From Nitrospinota bacterium (GTDB taxonomy: Bacteria; UBA8248), in assembly GCA_030754595.1 (NCBI GenBank), contig JASLZZ010000094.1, positions 1 to 54,845 of the forward strand: 54,845 nucleotides of DNA, read 5' to 3'. Shown here in pieces: positions 6,194-17,282 of the stretch. How positions within the stretch are numbered: the stretch's first letter is position 1; each line of letters opens with the position of its first letter. The position numbers and the translations under genes were made by a program. The notes beneath the pieces were generated by a model. It searched no databases and had not been told where the DNA came from. It was given only the letters and a program-made list of their open reading frames with translations.

Positions 6194-7366
6194 TTGAGCT
6201 TTTTCACGTCAAATTTTGACGAAATCCGATCCGGAAAAATAACGGATGTCTACTTCGAGCGGGCCAAGCGAGTTCTCGAAGCCAAGAATATCCGCAAGCG
6301 TGCGCGCCTGGAGGTGATGGCCAAGTCTCTTCCGTCGGACTGGAGTGTTTTTGTCGGACTTGCGGAAATTCTCTCCCTCCTTGAAGACCTTCCTGTCAAC
6401 GTCCGCTCCGTTCCCGAGGGGACGGTGTTTAGGCCCTTTCAACCGGTCATGGAAATCGAAGGCGTCTATAACGATTTCGGCTCATTAGAGACGGCAATCC
6501 TCGGCCTGATGTGCCAGTCGAGTGGCATCGCCACCAAGGCCGCCCGTTGCCGCATTGCTGCGGCAAATCTTCAGCTTGTCAGCTTCGGGGCCCGGCGGAT
6601 GCATCCGTCCATCGCCCCGATGATCGACAGGGCGGCTTATATCGGCGGATGCGACGGAGTGGCCCTCACCAGCGGGGCGGAGATGCTGGGACTCCCGGCT
6701 ATTGGGACAATGCCTCATTCTCTCATTCTCATGATGGGGGGACTCGTCCCCGCGCTCAAGGCGTTTGACGAGACAATCGAGGACGGCGTTCGACGTGTGG
6801 CTCTGGTTGACACATTCGGTGACGAGAAGTTCGAGGCCCTCAATGCCGCCAAGGCCATCACGGTTCGCCTCTACGCCGTCCGCCTGGACACCCCCGGCTC
6901 GAGACGCGGGGATTTCGAACAGATACTCCGGGAGGTCCGATGGGAACTCGACCGGGCGGGTTACCGGCACGTCAAACTTTTCGTGAGTGGCGGTCTCGAC
7001 GAGGATAAAATAATTGCCCTGGGTGATTCGGTGGACGGCGGCTTCGGTGTCGGAACGGCGATTAGCGCCGCCGCTACCATCGACTATTCGATGGATATCG
7101 TTGAGATCGAAGGCGAAGCGATCGCCAAGCGCGGAAAGGCATCCGGCGCGAAACACTTTCTCAGGTGCCGCGACTGCGGCTGGGAGAGCGTCATTCCCAT
7201 TGACAGGCCTTACGGCGATTGCGAGGAGTGCGGCGGGGTGATGGAGCAGATGCTCGCACTGGTGATGGAGGAAGGGAAAATCCTCGCGCCCTTGACCGAG
7301 CCCGAAAAAATCCGTGACTTAGTTCTACGTCAACTTCCCAGCCTTCGGCTGTCAGGACCCGAATGA
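6194..7366 (+). CDS. pncB: Nicotinate phosphoribosyltransferase
   Basis: TDVYF, FGARRMHP, GTMPHS, VRLDTPGSRRG, SGGLDE; C-terminal CxxC..CxxC. Confidence 0.88.
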   Translation: MSFFTSNFDEIRSGKITDVYFERAKRVLEAKNIRKRARLEVMAKSLPSDWSVFVGLAEILSLLEDLPVNVRSVPEGTVFRPFQPVMEIEGVYNDFGSLETAILGLMCQSSGIATKAARCRIAAANLQLVSFGARRMHPSIAPMIDRAAYIGGCDGVALTSGAEMLGLPAIGTMPHSLILMMGGLVPALKAFDETIEDGVRRVALVDTFGDEKFEALNAAKAITVRLYAVRLDTPGSRRGDFEQILREVRWELDRAGYRHVKLFVSGGLDEDKIIALGDSVDGGFGVGTAISAAATIDYSMDIVEIEGEAIAKRGKASGAKHFLRCRDCGWESVIPIDRPYGDCEECGGVMEQMLALVMEEGKILAPLTEPEKIRDLVLRQLPSLRLSGPE

Positions 7367-8394
7367 TGCCCCTAAGCGAGCCGGGCGGCGATCTGTTCAA
7401 CCCCATTCGCGGATTCATCTCTGAACGCAAACGGTTTCTTTTTCTCACCCACATAGGCCCCGACGGGGACGGGCTCCTCGCCTGTGTCGCCTTGAGCCGT
7501 TATCTACGCCTGAAAGGAATGCAGACAACCATAGTGGTCGAGGGAAACAGCCCGAGTTTTTTGGGGCCATACGATCCCGAAGGGCTGGTCCGAACGCGCG
7601 AGGAGTTACTTGCCCACGAGGACTGGGCGGGCCATTTCGATGGAATATTCGTCCTCGATACGGGAAAGCCCACCCGCCTCGGGAGGATTCACCACGCCGT
7701 CGCGGACAGCGGGCTACCCATCGCCGTAATCGATCACCATATCCGCGAGGAGGGTGATTTCGACGGCCCGCACGTGATCGACACCGTTGCCGCCTCGGTC
7801 GGCGAGATGATCGCCGATTTTCTCGAAGAGGAGGGCTATCCGTTCGACGATCCGCTCATCGTTCGGTCCCTCTTTGCCACACTCTCCTACGATACGGGCC
7901 ATTTCCGGTTCAACAACACTTCCGAAAAAACCTTCAGGTGGGCCTCGCGCCTCGTTGAGCTGGGCGCGAAACCGTCCGAGGCGTTCGCCATTTTCTGGGA
8001 GTCGAACAGCGCGGCCTCTCTGAAGCTGCTCGGTCATCTCATGAGCAATTTGCATATCGAATGCGGCGGCCGCCTCGGTTGGTTCGCCATGAGCAACGAG
8101 GACCTCGAAAAATTTGGCGTCAAGCGCGAGGAGACCGAGGAATACATCTCCGTGCCCAGAAGCGTCGCTTCTCTTGAAGTGATCGCCTATTTCTCGGAGC
8201 TCGATAAAAACCTGATCCGTGTGAGTCTGCGCTCGAAAGGACTGGTCACGGTTCACGATGTCGCCATGAACTTCAATGGCGGCGGCCACGCTTTTGCCGC
8301 GGGGGCCCGGGTCCGTGACACTTTGGAAAATACCACCACGGCGGTCATAGAGGCGCTGGGCGAAAAAATCCGATCTGATCTGGGCCCGGACTAA
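7363..8394 (+). CDS. DHH/DHHA1 phosphoesterase (NrnA-like)
   Basis: THIGPDGD, IDHH, DTGHFRF, VSLRS, GGGHAFAAG. Confidence 0.9.
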   Translation: MMPLSEPGGDLFNPIRGFISERKRFLFLTHIGPDGDGLLACVALSRYLRLKGMQTTIVVEGNSPSFLGPYDPEGLVRTREELLAHEDWAGHFDGIFVLDTGKPTRLGRIHHAVADSGLPIAVIDHHIREEGDFDGPHVIDTVAASVGEMIADFLEEEGYPFDDPLIVRSLFATLSYDTGHFRFNNTSEKTFRWASRLVELGAKPSEAFAIFWESNSAASLKLLGHLMSNLHIECGGRLGWFAMSNEDLEKFGVKREETEEYISVPRSVASLEVIAYFSELDKNLIRVSLRSKGLVTVHDVAMNFNGGGHAFAAGARVRDTLENTTTAVIEALGEKIRSDLGPD

Positions 8395-8659
8395 CTCCCT
8401 CACCCGCCACTTCTTCGGGCCAGGCCTGGGTTTCCGGCGAATAACCTCCGGTCTAAATAAATTACGATTTTTGCCTGAATTCTAGTTTTATTTGGCTGGC
8501 TCATCCCGTTTTGTTTTGCAAAAATTCCGTTGACATTATATTTGCTGGTATTATTATTAAATTATCAGTTGAATTGTAGGGATTGGTTCTTTGGCCCTGG
8601 GCGCAAGAACCGCTCCCTTTTTATCCCGGACCTCCTGAGCGGCTGTGGAGGAAAAGCGA

Positions 8660-9757
8660 ATGAGTTCTCTTATTGAAGAATGCATAGACTTCCCGATCGT
8701 TGCGTGGTTGAAATGCCTGCTAAATCCAAACATGGATATGGCGCCTCGTCCCTGGTTTTTTAATTTGGCATCCGTGACTACGGTTTGCCTCATTTTTATT
8801 GTGACCATCATTCTCTTTAAAAAAAACTGGCTGAAAATCAAGGAAAATATTGTCGCCCAAAATTTGGCAAGTATCGGTGAAACGGTATCCTTGAAGGACG
8901 ATAAAGACTGGAATGATCGATGGAAAGGTTATCCATATCCGTCGATATTGATGACAATTATCCTTATAGCCGGAACGGCTTCAAGTCTGGGTGTGATCGA
9001 TCTTGAAAATGGCGCCAACATCCTGACCACGGGAACCCTTTTTTCTTTTTTTTACCCTCCCTACGATGAATACACACAGGGCTTGGCCGCGTTTAAGTGA
9101 GGATTTATCGGCGCTTTTGTTTATGCAGTTCAGGATTTGATGTGGTGGATGGTTCTCTTGGATCTGGCGCCCCGATCCATTTTTATTATGAGTCTTCGCA
9201 TCGTTGTGGCCAGCGTCGTGGCGTTGGCCGTTTATCATGCATTGGGCGAAACAAGGATTATCCCGACTGCCTTTACGGTGGGAATGTTTCCGCAACGAGG
9301 GCTGAATTTTATCGAAACCTTTTCCCAAAAGCGCCTTGGAAAAAAAGTGTCCAGTGATGTCGAGAACAGTTTTTCTCTCTCGTTCCTGAAAGATTTGTCC
9401 TCCACAAATCAATCGAGGCTTCGGGAGGAGAGTATCGAAACCGTCTGCGATCTCGCGGGTTTTTCCATGAAAAAACTTCTCCTTTACACGCCATTCGAGC
9501 TGGGACAGCTTAGGGACTGGAAAGAGCAGGCAGCGCTTATTTGCGTTTTTCACAAGGACAAGGAAGCCCTCAGGTCCAAGGCGGGCATCACCCACGCCTC
9601 GGAATTTGTGAATCTGGGAGATGAAGACGGAACTTTAGTGAAAATCGCGGGCTTGACCGGCCTCCCCTCGAATCGGCTTCAGATGGCTCACAAAACCCTG
9701 AAGGAAACCATAAAAAGGGATGAAAATAAAAACTGGGTCTTTTTCCCCTCCGATTAA
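8660..9757 (+). pseudogene. Multi-TM hypothetical membrane protein interrupted by in-frame TGA
   Basis: ORFs 8645-9100 and 9137-9757 share a frame: AAFK-TGA(9098)-GFIGAFVYAVQDL; AT-richer than flanks. Confidence 0.5.
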
Positions 9758-10134
9758 TCCATTCCCATCTCTTTGTACACGTTGAGCATGGCTTTCGTCG
9801 CGCCGACGGCGTTGGGGGCGCCGGCGTAGTAGGCGCAGATCATGACGATCTCCTGAAGGTCTTCCTTTCTCATGCCCATGTTGATTGCGGCCTTGGCGTG
9901 GTGCTCGAATTCGTTGTCCCGCCCGAGGGTGCACAAAATGGCAAGAATCACCGTCTCGCGGGCCTTGGGGTCGATTCCTTTCCGCTCATAAAGATCGCCA
10001 AATACGTTTTCGGTGACAAAACGGGCGAAATCAGGGTTCGCCGCCTCGAAGGCCCGTCGCCGTTCCTCGCCCTCATTTCCAAACACTTTCGCCCGATTAG
10101 CCAATCCTCTCTGGTATTTTTCTTCGTCCGCCAT
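9754..10134 (-). CDS. Carboxymuconolactone decarboxylase family protein
   Basis: YQRGLANRAKVFG, FGDLYERKGIDPKARE, H..AA..G, YAGAP. Confidence 0.85.
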   Translation of the reverse strand: MADEEKYQRGLANRAKVFGNEGEERRRAFEAANPDFARFVTENVFGDLYERKGIDPKARETVILAILCTLGRDNEFEHHAKAAINMGMRKEDLQEIVMICAYYAGAPNAVGATKAMLNVYKEMGMD

Positions 10135-10296
10135 TGAAGCCTCCCTTTACCGGATTCAAAAAAAGATTTGGCGCGGTTTCGCCGGAGCAACCCCGTCGAA
10201 AATCCTTTATACAGATTTTTTGGCGAACCGGCCCCCGCGGCGGTATAATAAAGAGCGCCGCCCGCCATCCGGCCGCCTGTCATCTGGAGACTCACC

Positions 10297-10551
10297 TTGA
10301 AGATTAATGCCTTGAAATTCGGAGTTGCGTTCGGGTTGGTTTATGCGGTGGTGTTTTTTCTCTACGGCTTGGCGGGGGCGTTGTTCGGGGTGGGCGTGAA
10401 ATTCGCCGAGATGATAGGAGAGTTCTACGCCGGGTTCGGACCGACCATCGGAGGAGCGATTGCTGGCGTCTTTTGGGGTTTCGGCGTGGGTTTCGTTTTT
10501 TTTGCCTTGGCGGCGGCGATTTATAATCGGCTCCTTGGCGAAGACGCCTAA
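10297..10551 (+). CDS. Small two-TM Gly-rich membrane protein
   Basis: TTG start after GGAG; TATAAT at 10244; ends IYNRL. Confidence 0.7.
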   Translation: MKINALKFGVAFGLVYAVVFFLYGLAGALFGVGVKFAEMIGEFYAGFGPTIGGAIAGVFWGFGVGFVFFALAAAIYNRLLGEDA

Positions 10552-10564
10552 AAGAAAACCGCCT

Positions 10565-13372
10565 GTGATTCCCGGGATTCGAAAAATAATCGGCAAGGTC
10601 CCCATTTGCGCTTGGTTGGTCTTCATTTTTCTGATGGGAGGCTCGACCGCTCACGCCGCCGGCGCACTCTCGCCGATTCCGCTCAAATCTCCACCCAAAC
10701 ACCGGCTCTCTGTCCGCTCTTCGCTGCCGGGTACGCGAATCCGCGTACTGGGCCTTGTCGAATGGCGGACGGCCCCGTTCTCGGCGGACCTTCCCCGGGG
10801 CGCACACCGGATAGAAGGAAAATTTCCCGACGAGTCCACGGCCAGCAAGACTATTTTCCTCACCGAGGACTGGTCCGTCTGGTTCGGACCCGCGAGAATC
10901 CGTATCGAATCTTCGCCCTCGGACGCGGCGGTCAGCGTGGACGGCAAGGCGGTTGGCGTGACGCCCCTGGAAATGACGCTTTCGGGCGGCTTCCACGAAT
11001 TTTCATTTTCAAAAAAGGGATGGATTTCCGTTGCCCGGAGCTTCCAGGTCGGCGGGCCGTCGCGGCTCGCGGCCAAACTCAGGCGAGGTGGTGGCGAGTA
11101 TCGCCCTTTGGTGAGAAATGAGGGACTGTTTTTCGCTCCCGAGGAGGGTCGGCCGAACCGAAAACGCAAATTGAAAAAAAAGCTGATTGCAGGGGGCGGT
11201 GCGAAAATGCAAACGGGCGCCAAGCAGAAAGATTCCGGTGCCTGGCTTGTCCGGGCATACGGGGCCGGGAGAGGAAGCTCCCGTCCGACCCGCCGGTTTG
11301 CGTTTATCGCCGGTATCGGCAAATACGGTGATCGCCTGATACCACCCCTTCGGGGACCGGCCCTGGAGGCGAATGACTGGGTGCGCCTCCTTCAGGGAAT
11401 TGAGCCCGAAAGCTTCGGGACGCAGAACCTCTCCCGCGCGTCGTTGGCGTTCGATGAGTTTGATCGCGGCGGGCTTTCCTCCGGAAACATTACATATTTG
11501 TTGAACAAAGATGCCGATCGGGACGCTATCATCGAGGGTCTCCGGGAACTCTCCCAGGCCACCCTGCCCCAGGATTCGGTGCTTATTTATCTTTCGGGTT
11601 ACGGGGCGGTAATTCCGGGGGGCGCTGGCGGGCCGGAGTTGTATTTTCTTTCTCATGATACGAGGGGCCGGAGAGTTTGGGACAAGAGCGTGTCCGGGGC
11701 TGATTTTCAAAAAGCCCTCGCGGGAATCAAGGCGCGGCGGGTGGTGATGATTTTAGATGCCGGTTTCTCCGGAGACGAGGAGGCGGCCCGAAAATGGTCG
11801 CCCCGGCGGGACGGCGACACGGGCATCAGCGACTTCAGCCGTTTTCACATCCTCCCTCCGGGGCCCGGCCGGATTCTTTTGGTTCCGGGCCGCCTCGAAG
11901 TCGATCCGGCTAGCGGCAGAAGCCTGTTTACGAAATCTTTTTTGCGCCACTCCTACGACGGGACCGCGCCCATTTCCGAGGCGATACGGAGAGTCGCCGG
12001 AGAGAACCCATCGGCAAGGATACAGATGTTGGGCCAATTGATTTCTGGACAAACCCTGCGTGGGGACGAGCTTCAAGAAATGAAGGGGACGGGAGATGTT
12101 TACCTCACAACGCCCGACCCGGGAGCGGAGATATTTCTCGGGGGCCGCTCCGCCGGCCGGACGCCGCTGACTCTCAAGGGTCAGCCCGCGGGTCTGCTTG
12201 AAGTCCACGCGGTGGGCGGCGGCGGGAGGAGCATTGCCCGCCGGATTTATGTAGAGCCGGGGCTTCGGCTGGACTATGAACTGAGACCCCAGCTCTCGAC
12301 CAGCCACCTTTTTGTCGTCACCTCTCCGCCCGGCGGGGGAGTCGAGGTGATCGCTGGAAAGGCCTCTGTAAAATCGGCGTCGGGCTCTTTCATCGCCCGG
12401 CCCGGCCGGCTGCGCGTGCGTGCGGAGGCGCTCAGCCATTACGCGCGCGACATCGAGGTCGATATTCCCCCCGATCGGGTAATGAGGGTGAGTATCCCGC
12501 TCGTTCCTGCCGATGCAGGAGATTTTTTCTTTGAAGGTGTTCGCTCGCCCGCCGCTCTTTACCGCGGGGTGGGCGAGATGGCGTTAGTGCCCGGCGGGGG
12601 AGTCATCGTCGGCAAGCGGCGGAGCCTGACGAAGACGGCGCCCACCCGGCGGATGTCGATTGCGGGGTTTTACATTGATAAGCGCCTTGTTCGAAAAAAA
12701 GAATTCGCGCGGTTCGTCGCGGATTCTGGGTACTTGAGTGTGGCCCGGAGAAAAGAGACGGGCGGCGTCATGACCAAGGCGGGCGGCTGGACCCTCAGGC
12801 GCCGGGCGACTTGGGAGAATACGGACCCCCGAGATCCGTCCGGAGGAGCAGGTGAGACCGGGGCCTCTCTAGACCTTCCTGTAGTCCAGGTTGCCTGGGA
12901 GGACGCCGCCGCCTATTGCCGATGGTCGGGCGGAGGGCTGCCCACCGAAAGCGAGTGGGAAAAGGCGGCGAGAGGATCCGATGGGCGGCCCTATCCCTGG
13001 GGGCGGGAGCCGTTGGAAGACGGCGAAGGGAAGGTGAGCCGGCTCTACGGAGCCGGAGCAGATAGAGAAACGAATGGGCGAGCAACTTCCTTTCGCCTTG
13101 CCGGCCCTTACGGTGTCCGCGAGTTCTGGGGACCGATTGCCGAGTGGGTGAATAGAGATATCACAAAACCAGAGAGCCGGGAGAAAAAGGAAAAATCGGG
13201 GGAGAGAAGAAGCGGGCCGGCTCGATTCAGGGTCTACCGGGGAGGATGGGTTTCTTCCGGGGGGAAGCCGCCCACGCTCGACGCCCGAGGGCTCGCCGAG
13301 CCGGGCTTCAGTGACTCGCGCATCGGGTTCAGGTGCGTTCGGAACGCGGCGAAGATATTAAAAACGAAATAG
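10565..13372 (+). CDS. Secreted multidomain protein: PEGA + caspase-like + PEGA + FGE-sulfatase (SUMF1) domain; start uncertain
   Basis: [21 protein letters not shown] (PEGA); [45 protein letters not shown]. Confidence 0.8.
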   Translation: MIPGIRKIIGKVPICAWLVFIFLMGGSTAHAAGALSPIPLKSPPKHRLSVRSSLPGTRIRVLGLVEWRTAPFSADLPRGAHRIEGKFPDESTASKTIFLTEDWSVWFGPARIRIESSPSDAAVSVDGKAVGVTPLEMTLSGGFHEFSFSKKGWISVARSFQVGGPSRLAAKLRRGGGEYRPLVRNEGLFFAPEEGRPNRKRKLKKKLIAGGGAKMQTGAKQKDSGAWLVRAYGAGRGSSRPTRRFAFIAGIGKYGDRLIPPLRGPALEANDWVRLLQGIEPESFGTQNLSRASLAFDEFDRGGLSSGNITYLLNKDADRDAIIEGLRELSQATLPQDSVLIYLSGYGAVIPGGAGGPELYFLSHDTRGRRVWDKSVSGADFQKALAGIKARRVVMILDAGFSGDEEAARKWSPRRDGDTGISDFSRFHILPPGPGRILLVPGRLEVDPASGRSLFTKSFLRHSYDGTAPISEAIRRVAGENPSARIQMLGQLISGQTLRGDELQEMKGTGDVYLTTPDPGAEIFLGGRSAGRTPLTLKGQPAGLLEVHAVGGGGRSIARRIYVEPGLRLDYELRPQLSTSHLFVVTSPPGGGVEVIAGKASVKSASGSFIARPGRLRVRAEALSHYARDIEVDIPPDRVMRVSIPLVPADAGDFFFEGVRSPAALYRGVGEMALVPGGGVIVGKRRSLTKTAPTRRMSIAGFYIDKRLVRKKEFARFVADSGYLSVARRKETGGVMTKAGGWTLRRRATWENTDPRDPSGGAGETGASLDLPVVQVAWEDAAAYCRWSGGGLPTESEWEKAARGSDGRPYPWGREPLEDGEGKVSRLYGAGADRETNGRATSFRLAGPYGVREFWGPIAEWVNRDITKPESREKKEKSGERRSGPARFRVYRGGWVSSGGKPPTLDARGLAEPGFSDSRIGFRCVRNAAKILKTK

Positions 13373-13401
13373 GACGGGAAGGGAGGGCCCGGTGGGACCG
13401 G

Positions 13402-13854
13402 CTATCTCATCGCCTTGGCAAGCAGCTCTCCCCGTGCACGCATTTCATCCGAGCAGGTTTCACCGTGGGGGAGGAAGGTCATTGCCACAAAGACGTTTTC
13501 CACCCCGTCGATGACCATGCGGTTCCGGAACAGGGGTTGGGGGTAGAAGCCGGGGGAGGCTTCCTCGCGGGCGAGGTAGGTTTGGTCCCGATAAAAGTGG
13601 AAGGCAATTACCGTTCGCGGAGGAACCCACCTGGAGCGGGGGCCCCCCTCTGCCGGCGTTTCGAGGATGACGCCCCCGAAGCTGCTCGAGTGGCCGTTTC
13701 CATAAACGAAACGCACGGATTTGGATTGATCGCAGCCATGAATCTCGGATAGCTCAGAGTAGTTGGTTTCGCTCGGTTCGCGGTTATCGGGGAAGGGGAG
13801 TTCGACCTCCCCGCAGGCGGGACAGATGAACGTGATTTCTCCATTATCGGCCAT
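13402..13854 (-). CDS. Hypothetical protein (N-terminal CPAC)
   Basis: 150-aa ORF filling the gap between flanking genes; no family recognised. Confidence 0.5.
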   Translation of the reverse strand: MADNGEITFICPACGEVELPFPDNREPSETNYSELSEIHGCDQSKSVRFVYGNGHSSSFGGVILETPAEGGPRSRWVPPRTVIAFHFYRDQTYLAREEASPGFYPQPLFRNRMVIDGVENVFVAMTFLPHGETCSDEMRARGELLAKAMR

Positions 13855-14045
13855 GGTAGAATCCAGATACTGAAAGGAAAAATGTCCGGAGAGCTGAGAC
13901 GCTAAATCGCTAGTGTCCGGCCATACATTCTAAAACCGGGAAATCCTGCCAGAGGAAGTTGCGGGGCGCAAGGTGGCGGACCGGCTCTCGCGCTTTGACC
14001 GAACAGGAATAAAGCAGCCGGACAAGAATAAAGGACCGAATCCGA

Positions 14046-15173
14046 ATGTCAGATTTATTTGAACCACCGCAGGAGCGCTCTTCGAAAATCCACCGAGCCA
14101 TTGCCGTAGGCGGACTGATTGTTTTGTGGCTGGCCCTTTTCGTGGACGTTCTTCAATGGCTCGTCTGCCTGAACGGCGGATTCTCGTCCAAGGCAAACCT
14201 GCTGAGCCACCTTTGGCCCTATTTTTCGTTCGGCGGGGCCCTGGCCGGCCTGGCCGCCCGGGGGATGCCCAATATTCTAAGGTCGATCCCGACGGTATGG
14301 CTTTTGGTGTCGCTGGTGTTTCTCCTCGGAAAGCAGATGGTCCCCAAGGTATCGCTTCTTCCTCCCCTGGGGGCGACCCTGCGCGTGATGACGCTGAACC
14401 TGGGGAACGCCCAGGGGTCGCGCCCCCGGGCAGTGTCATATCTTCGGCAAAGAAGAAATGTGGATATCCTGTTTCTTCAGGAAGTTCACACCGGCCCGGG
14501 ATTCCGGGACCGGAAATCGCTGGAAGCCGCCCTTGGTGGCCGGCTCCGGCACATGGCGTGGTTTCCGGCCGCCCCCGATAAAAAACATGTCCTTGGCTTG
14601 GGGGTCCTGAGCCGCTATCCCTTGCAGGAGATTCGCCCGCTGAAACTTCCGGCGGGAGAAGCGGCGGGCAAATGCAGCGAGTTGGCCGCTCTGACGGCCA
14701 AGGTGCGGGTGAGGAATCGCCTGGTGAGACTGGCGACAGCGCATTTATGTCCTCCCGCGCTACCCTGGATGGACGATTGGGGCGATTCGACGGGAATTAC
14801 CTACCGGTCGATTTCCGGGTGGTGGAGTGGGATGCGTGTGTTCGAGTACACGAGGCGGTCCCAACTCGATTTTCTTAGCACGCTGGCGGAGGGTGGGGTG
14901 GAGCCGCTTATTTTGGGAGGCGATTTGAGCACCACGCCCTACAGCCTGGACCTTCGCCGTTTCAATGGTGTTTTGCGGAGCGCATTCGCCGAAAGGGGAA
15001 TGGGTTTCGGTTTCACCTATTCGCTCGGATTTCTGGGCGCCCGGATCGATCATATTTTTTCCTCGTCCGGCCTCTCGGCGCGAAGCGCCTCGGTCGCCGA
15101 TGTGGATATCTCGGATCACAATCCCGTCGAGGCGGTTTTCGAGGTGTTGCCCACCGCCAAGGGGAAAAATTGA
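14046..15173 (+). CDS. Endonuclease/exonuclease/phosphatase family membrane protein
   Basis: LRVMTLN, DILFLQEV, LSRYP, ILGGD, RIDHIF, SDHNPV. Confidence 0.88.
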   Translation: MSDLFEPPQERSSKIHRAIAVGGLIVLWLALFVDVLQWLVCLNGGFSSKANLLSHLWPYFSFGGALAGLAARGMPNILRSIPTVWLLVSLVFLLGKQMVPKVSLLPPLGATLRVMTLNLGNAQGSRPRAVSYLRQRRNVDILFLQEVHTGPGFRDRKSLEAALGGRLRHMAWFPAAPDKKHVLGLGVLSRYPLQEIRPLKLPAGEAAGKCSELAALTAKVRVRNRLVRLATAHLCPPALPWMDDWGDSTGITYRSISGWWSGMRVFEYTRRSQLDFLSTLAEGGVEPLILGGDLSTTPYSLDLRRFNGVLRSAFAERGMGFGFTYSLGFLGARIDHIFSSSGLSARSASVADVDISDHNPVEAVFEVLPTAKGKN

Positions 15174-16030
15174 GCCGGCCCCGTTGTCTGGCGGTCTTGA
15201 TTGTTATTGCGGCGTTGTTCGCCGCTTGTGACGGGAGTGCGGCCCCCCGTCTGCCGCGCGAAATCAAGGACGCCGACGGAGCGCCCATGACGCTTGTCCC
15301 CAAGGGGGAGTTCGTCATGGGCTCGCTGCTTGGCACCTATATTTTCGGCGACAACGAAGCCCCCCGGCGCCGCGTTAAACTTGAGGCTTTCTACATCGAC
15401 AAATTCGAGGTGACGAACGCCCGCTTCCGGAAACATCTCACGCCTAATGAGGACTATCCGGGCTCCTTTACGAGCGACGATCAGCCTGTCGTGGGCGTCT
15501 CCTGTTTTCAGGCGAGGGAGTATTGCGGCCGGGTGAAAAAACGCCTGCCCACCAAGGCCGAATGGGAAAAAGCCGCCCGGGGCACCGACGGGCGCTCCTA
15601 CCCCTGGGGGAACCAGCCTGCCACCTGCCGGTTGGCCATCATGGGCGAGACTGTTCCCTCCTGTAGTCGAGGCTACACAACCTGGAAAGTGGGCAGCCGC
15701 CCGCTCGGCGCGAGTCCCTACGGCGCGATGGACATGGCGGGCAACGTGATGGAATGGGTGGCGGACTGGTATTCGGGCGGCTACTACGGCGAGGCGCATC
15801 CAAAAAACCCGAAGGGGCCCAAGGCGGGCAAGCTCCGCGTGTTGCGCGGCGGGGCGTGGTTCAACAGCAAGGTGCTCTTGCGCGCCGCTTTTCGGACGGG
15901 ATTCGCGCCCGGCGACTCCAACCACGGCATCGGCTTTCGCTGCACCAAAACCGCCTCAAAGGGGTTTGTCGAGGCACTCGGGAGGCATGCGAGGATGGCG
16001 AGGCGTCCCTTAGGGGGACGCCATCCCTAG
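15170..16030 (+). CDS. Formylglycine-generating enzyme (SUMF1) family lipoprotein
   Basis: FAAC lipobox; [37 protein letters not shown]. Confidence 0.88.
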   Translation: MSRPRCLAVLIVIAALFAACDGSAAPRLPREIKDADGAPMTLVPKGEFVMGSLLGTYIFGDNEAPRRRVKLEAFYIDKFEVTNARFRKHLTPNEDYPGSFTSDDQPVVGVSCFQAREYCGRVKKRLPTKAEWEKAARGTDGRSYPWGNQPATCRLAIMGETVPSCSRGYTTWKVGSRPLGASPYGAMDMAGNVMEWVADWYSGGYYGEAHPKNPKGPKAGKLRVLRGGAWFNSKVLLRAAFRTGFAPGDSNHGIGFRCTKTASKGFVEALGRHARMARRPLGGRHP

Positions 16031-16329
16031 GCCGGGTCCTTGGCTCTCTCGCGCCACAGTTTGACGAGGATTCGGGTCTTGAAGGCGGCAAATTTTTTAT
16101 ATTTTTGAAAGCCGGCGAGAGCCAGCGTCTCCGCTACGATCAGCGCCACCCACCACCAGGGCGTCCACCGGGCGAGCGCGAACAGCGCGAAAATCCCCGC
16201 CGTCGCGATGAGGTAGCTCCGGACAAGCCCGGCGTCTTCTCCGGGTTCGTATTTTCGGGCGAGGTGGGCGAGAAAACCTTTTTCGCGATCGGTCAGCCCC
16301 TGGGCCGAATCATTTTTGCCGGATTCCAC
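16027..16329 (-). CDS. Hypothetical two-TM protein
   Basis: RBS AGGAG; hydrophobic hairpin. Confidence 0.6.
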   Translation of the reverse strand: MESGKNDSAQGLTDREKGFLAHLARKYEPGEDAGLVRSYLIATAGIFALFALARWTPWWWVALIVAETLALAGFQKYKKFAAFKTRILVKLWRERAKDPA

Positions 16330-16387
16330 GGTACTCTCCTTGTCTAAAATTACGCGGAAGGCTCGAGGCGAAGGTTTTCCGGCGGCC

Positions 16388-17167
16388 TCAGCGTCCCTTC
16401 CACTCGGGCCGGCGCTTTTCGAGAAAAGCCCGGATACCCTCGGCCTTGTCCTCGGTTTCGCATAGGGCTCCCTGGGCGAATTTCTCCATCGCCAGCCCGG
16501 CGGCGAGACTACCCTCCATGCCGAAGTGAACCATCGCCTTCATGAACCGGGGAACAAAAGGCGCGAAAGCGGCGAGATGATCCGCCATGCGTCTGACCTC
16601 GGGAATCAGCTCCTCCGGTTCGACCAGCCGGGTGATGAGGCCGATCCGGAGGGCGTGCCCGGCGTCGATGGTCTCGCCCATCAGGAGCATCTCCATCCCC
16701 CAGCCGCGCCCGACGATGCGCGGCAGGCGCTGGGTTGCCCCGCCGCCCGGTATGATGCCGAGCTTTCCCTCGGGTGTGGCGAATTTCGCCGCCGTCGAAG
16801 CCACGCGCAAATCGCAGCCCAAGGCCACTTCGAGCCCTCCGCCCATGCAGTAGCCGTTGATCGCGGCGATGGTCGGTTTGGGCGTTTTCTCTAGGCGATC
16901 CGCCACGCCTTGCACAAGCGGTTCGAGTGCCTTTTTCAGGCCGCGCTGCTCGACCTCCTCGAGATCGGATCCCGACGCGAACGCTTTTTTGCCCGCCCCG
17001 GTAATAGCGATCACGCGGACGGTGTCATCCTCCTCCGCCTCCCCTATGGCGGCGTGCAAATCGTTCAGGGTGCCGAGCGAGATGGCGTTGTGGCGCTCCG
17101 CCCGGTTAATGGTGATGAGCGCCAGCGGGCCCTCCACTTCGTAGAGCAGATTTTCGTATGGCATCAT
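16388..17167 (-). CDS. Enoyl-CoA hydratase/isomerase
   Basis: AFASGSDL, IAAINGYCMGGGLE, PEGKLGIIPGGGATQRL. Confidence 0.93.
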   Translation of the reverse strand: MMPYENLLYEVEGPLALITINRAERHNAISLGTLNDLHAAIGEAEEDDTVRVIAITGAGKKAFASGSDLEEVEQRGLKKALEPLVQGVADRLEKTPKPTIAAINGYCMGGGLEVALGCDLRVASTAAKFATPEGKLGIIPGGGATQRLPRIVGRGWGMEMLLMGETIDAGHALRIGLITRLVEPEELIPEVRRMADHLAAFAPFVPRFMKAMVHFGMEGSLAAGLAMEKFAQGALCETEDKAEGIRAFLEKRRPEWKGR

Positions 17168-17282
17168 GAAACCTCATCGGTTTAATCGTGTCGACGATTT
17201 CCGGACAGCCTACCGCCTTCTATTCTAGGCGCCAACGGCCCGCCCGCAAAGGAAAGAAGTGTAAGTGCGGGCCGTTCTCCGC

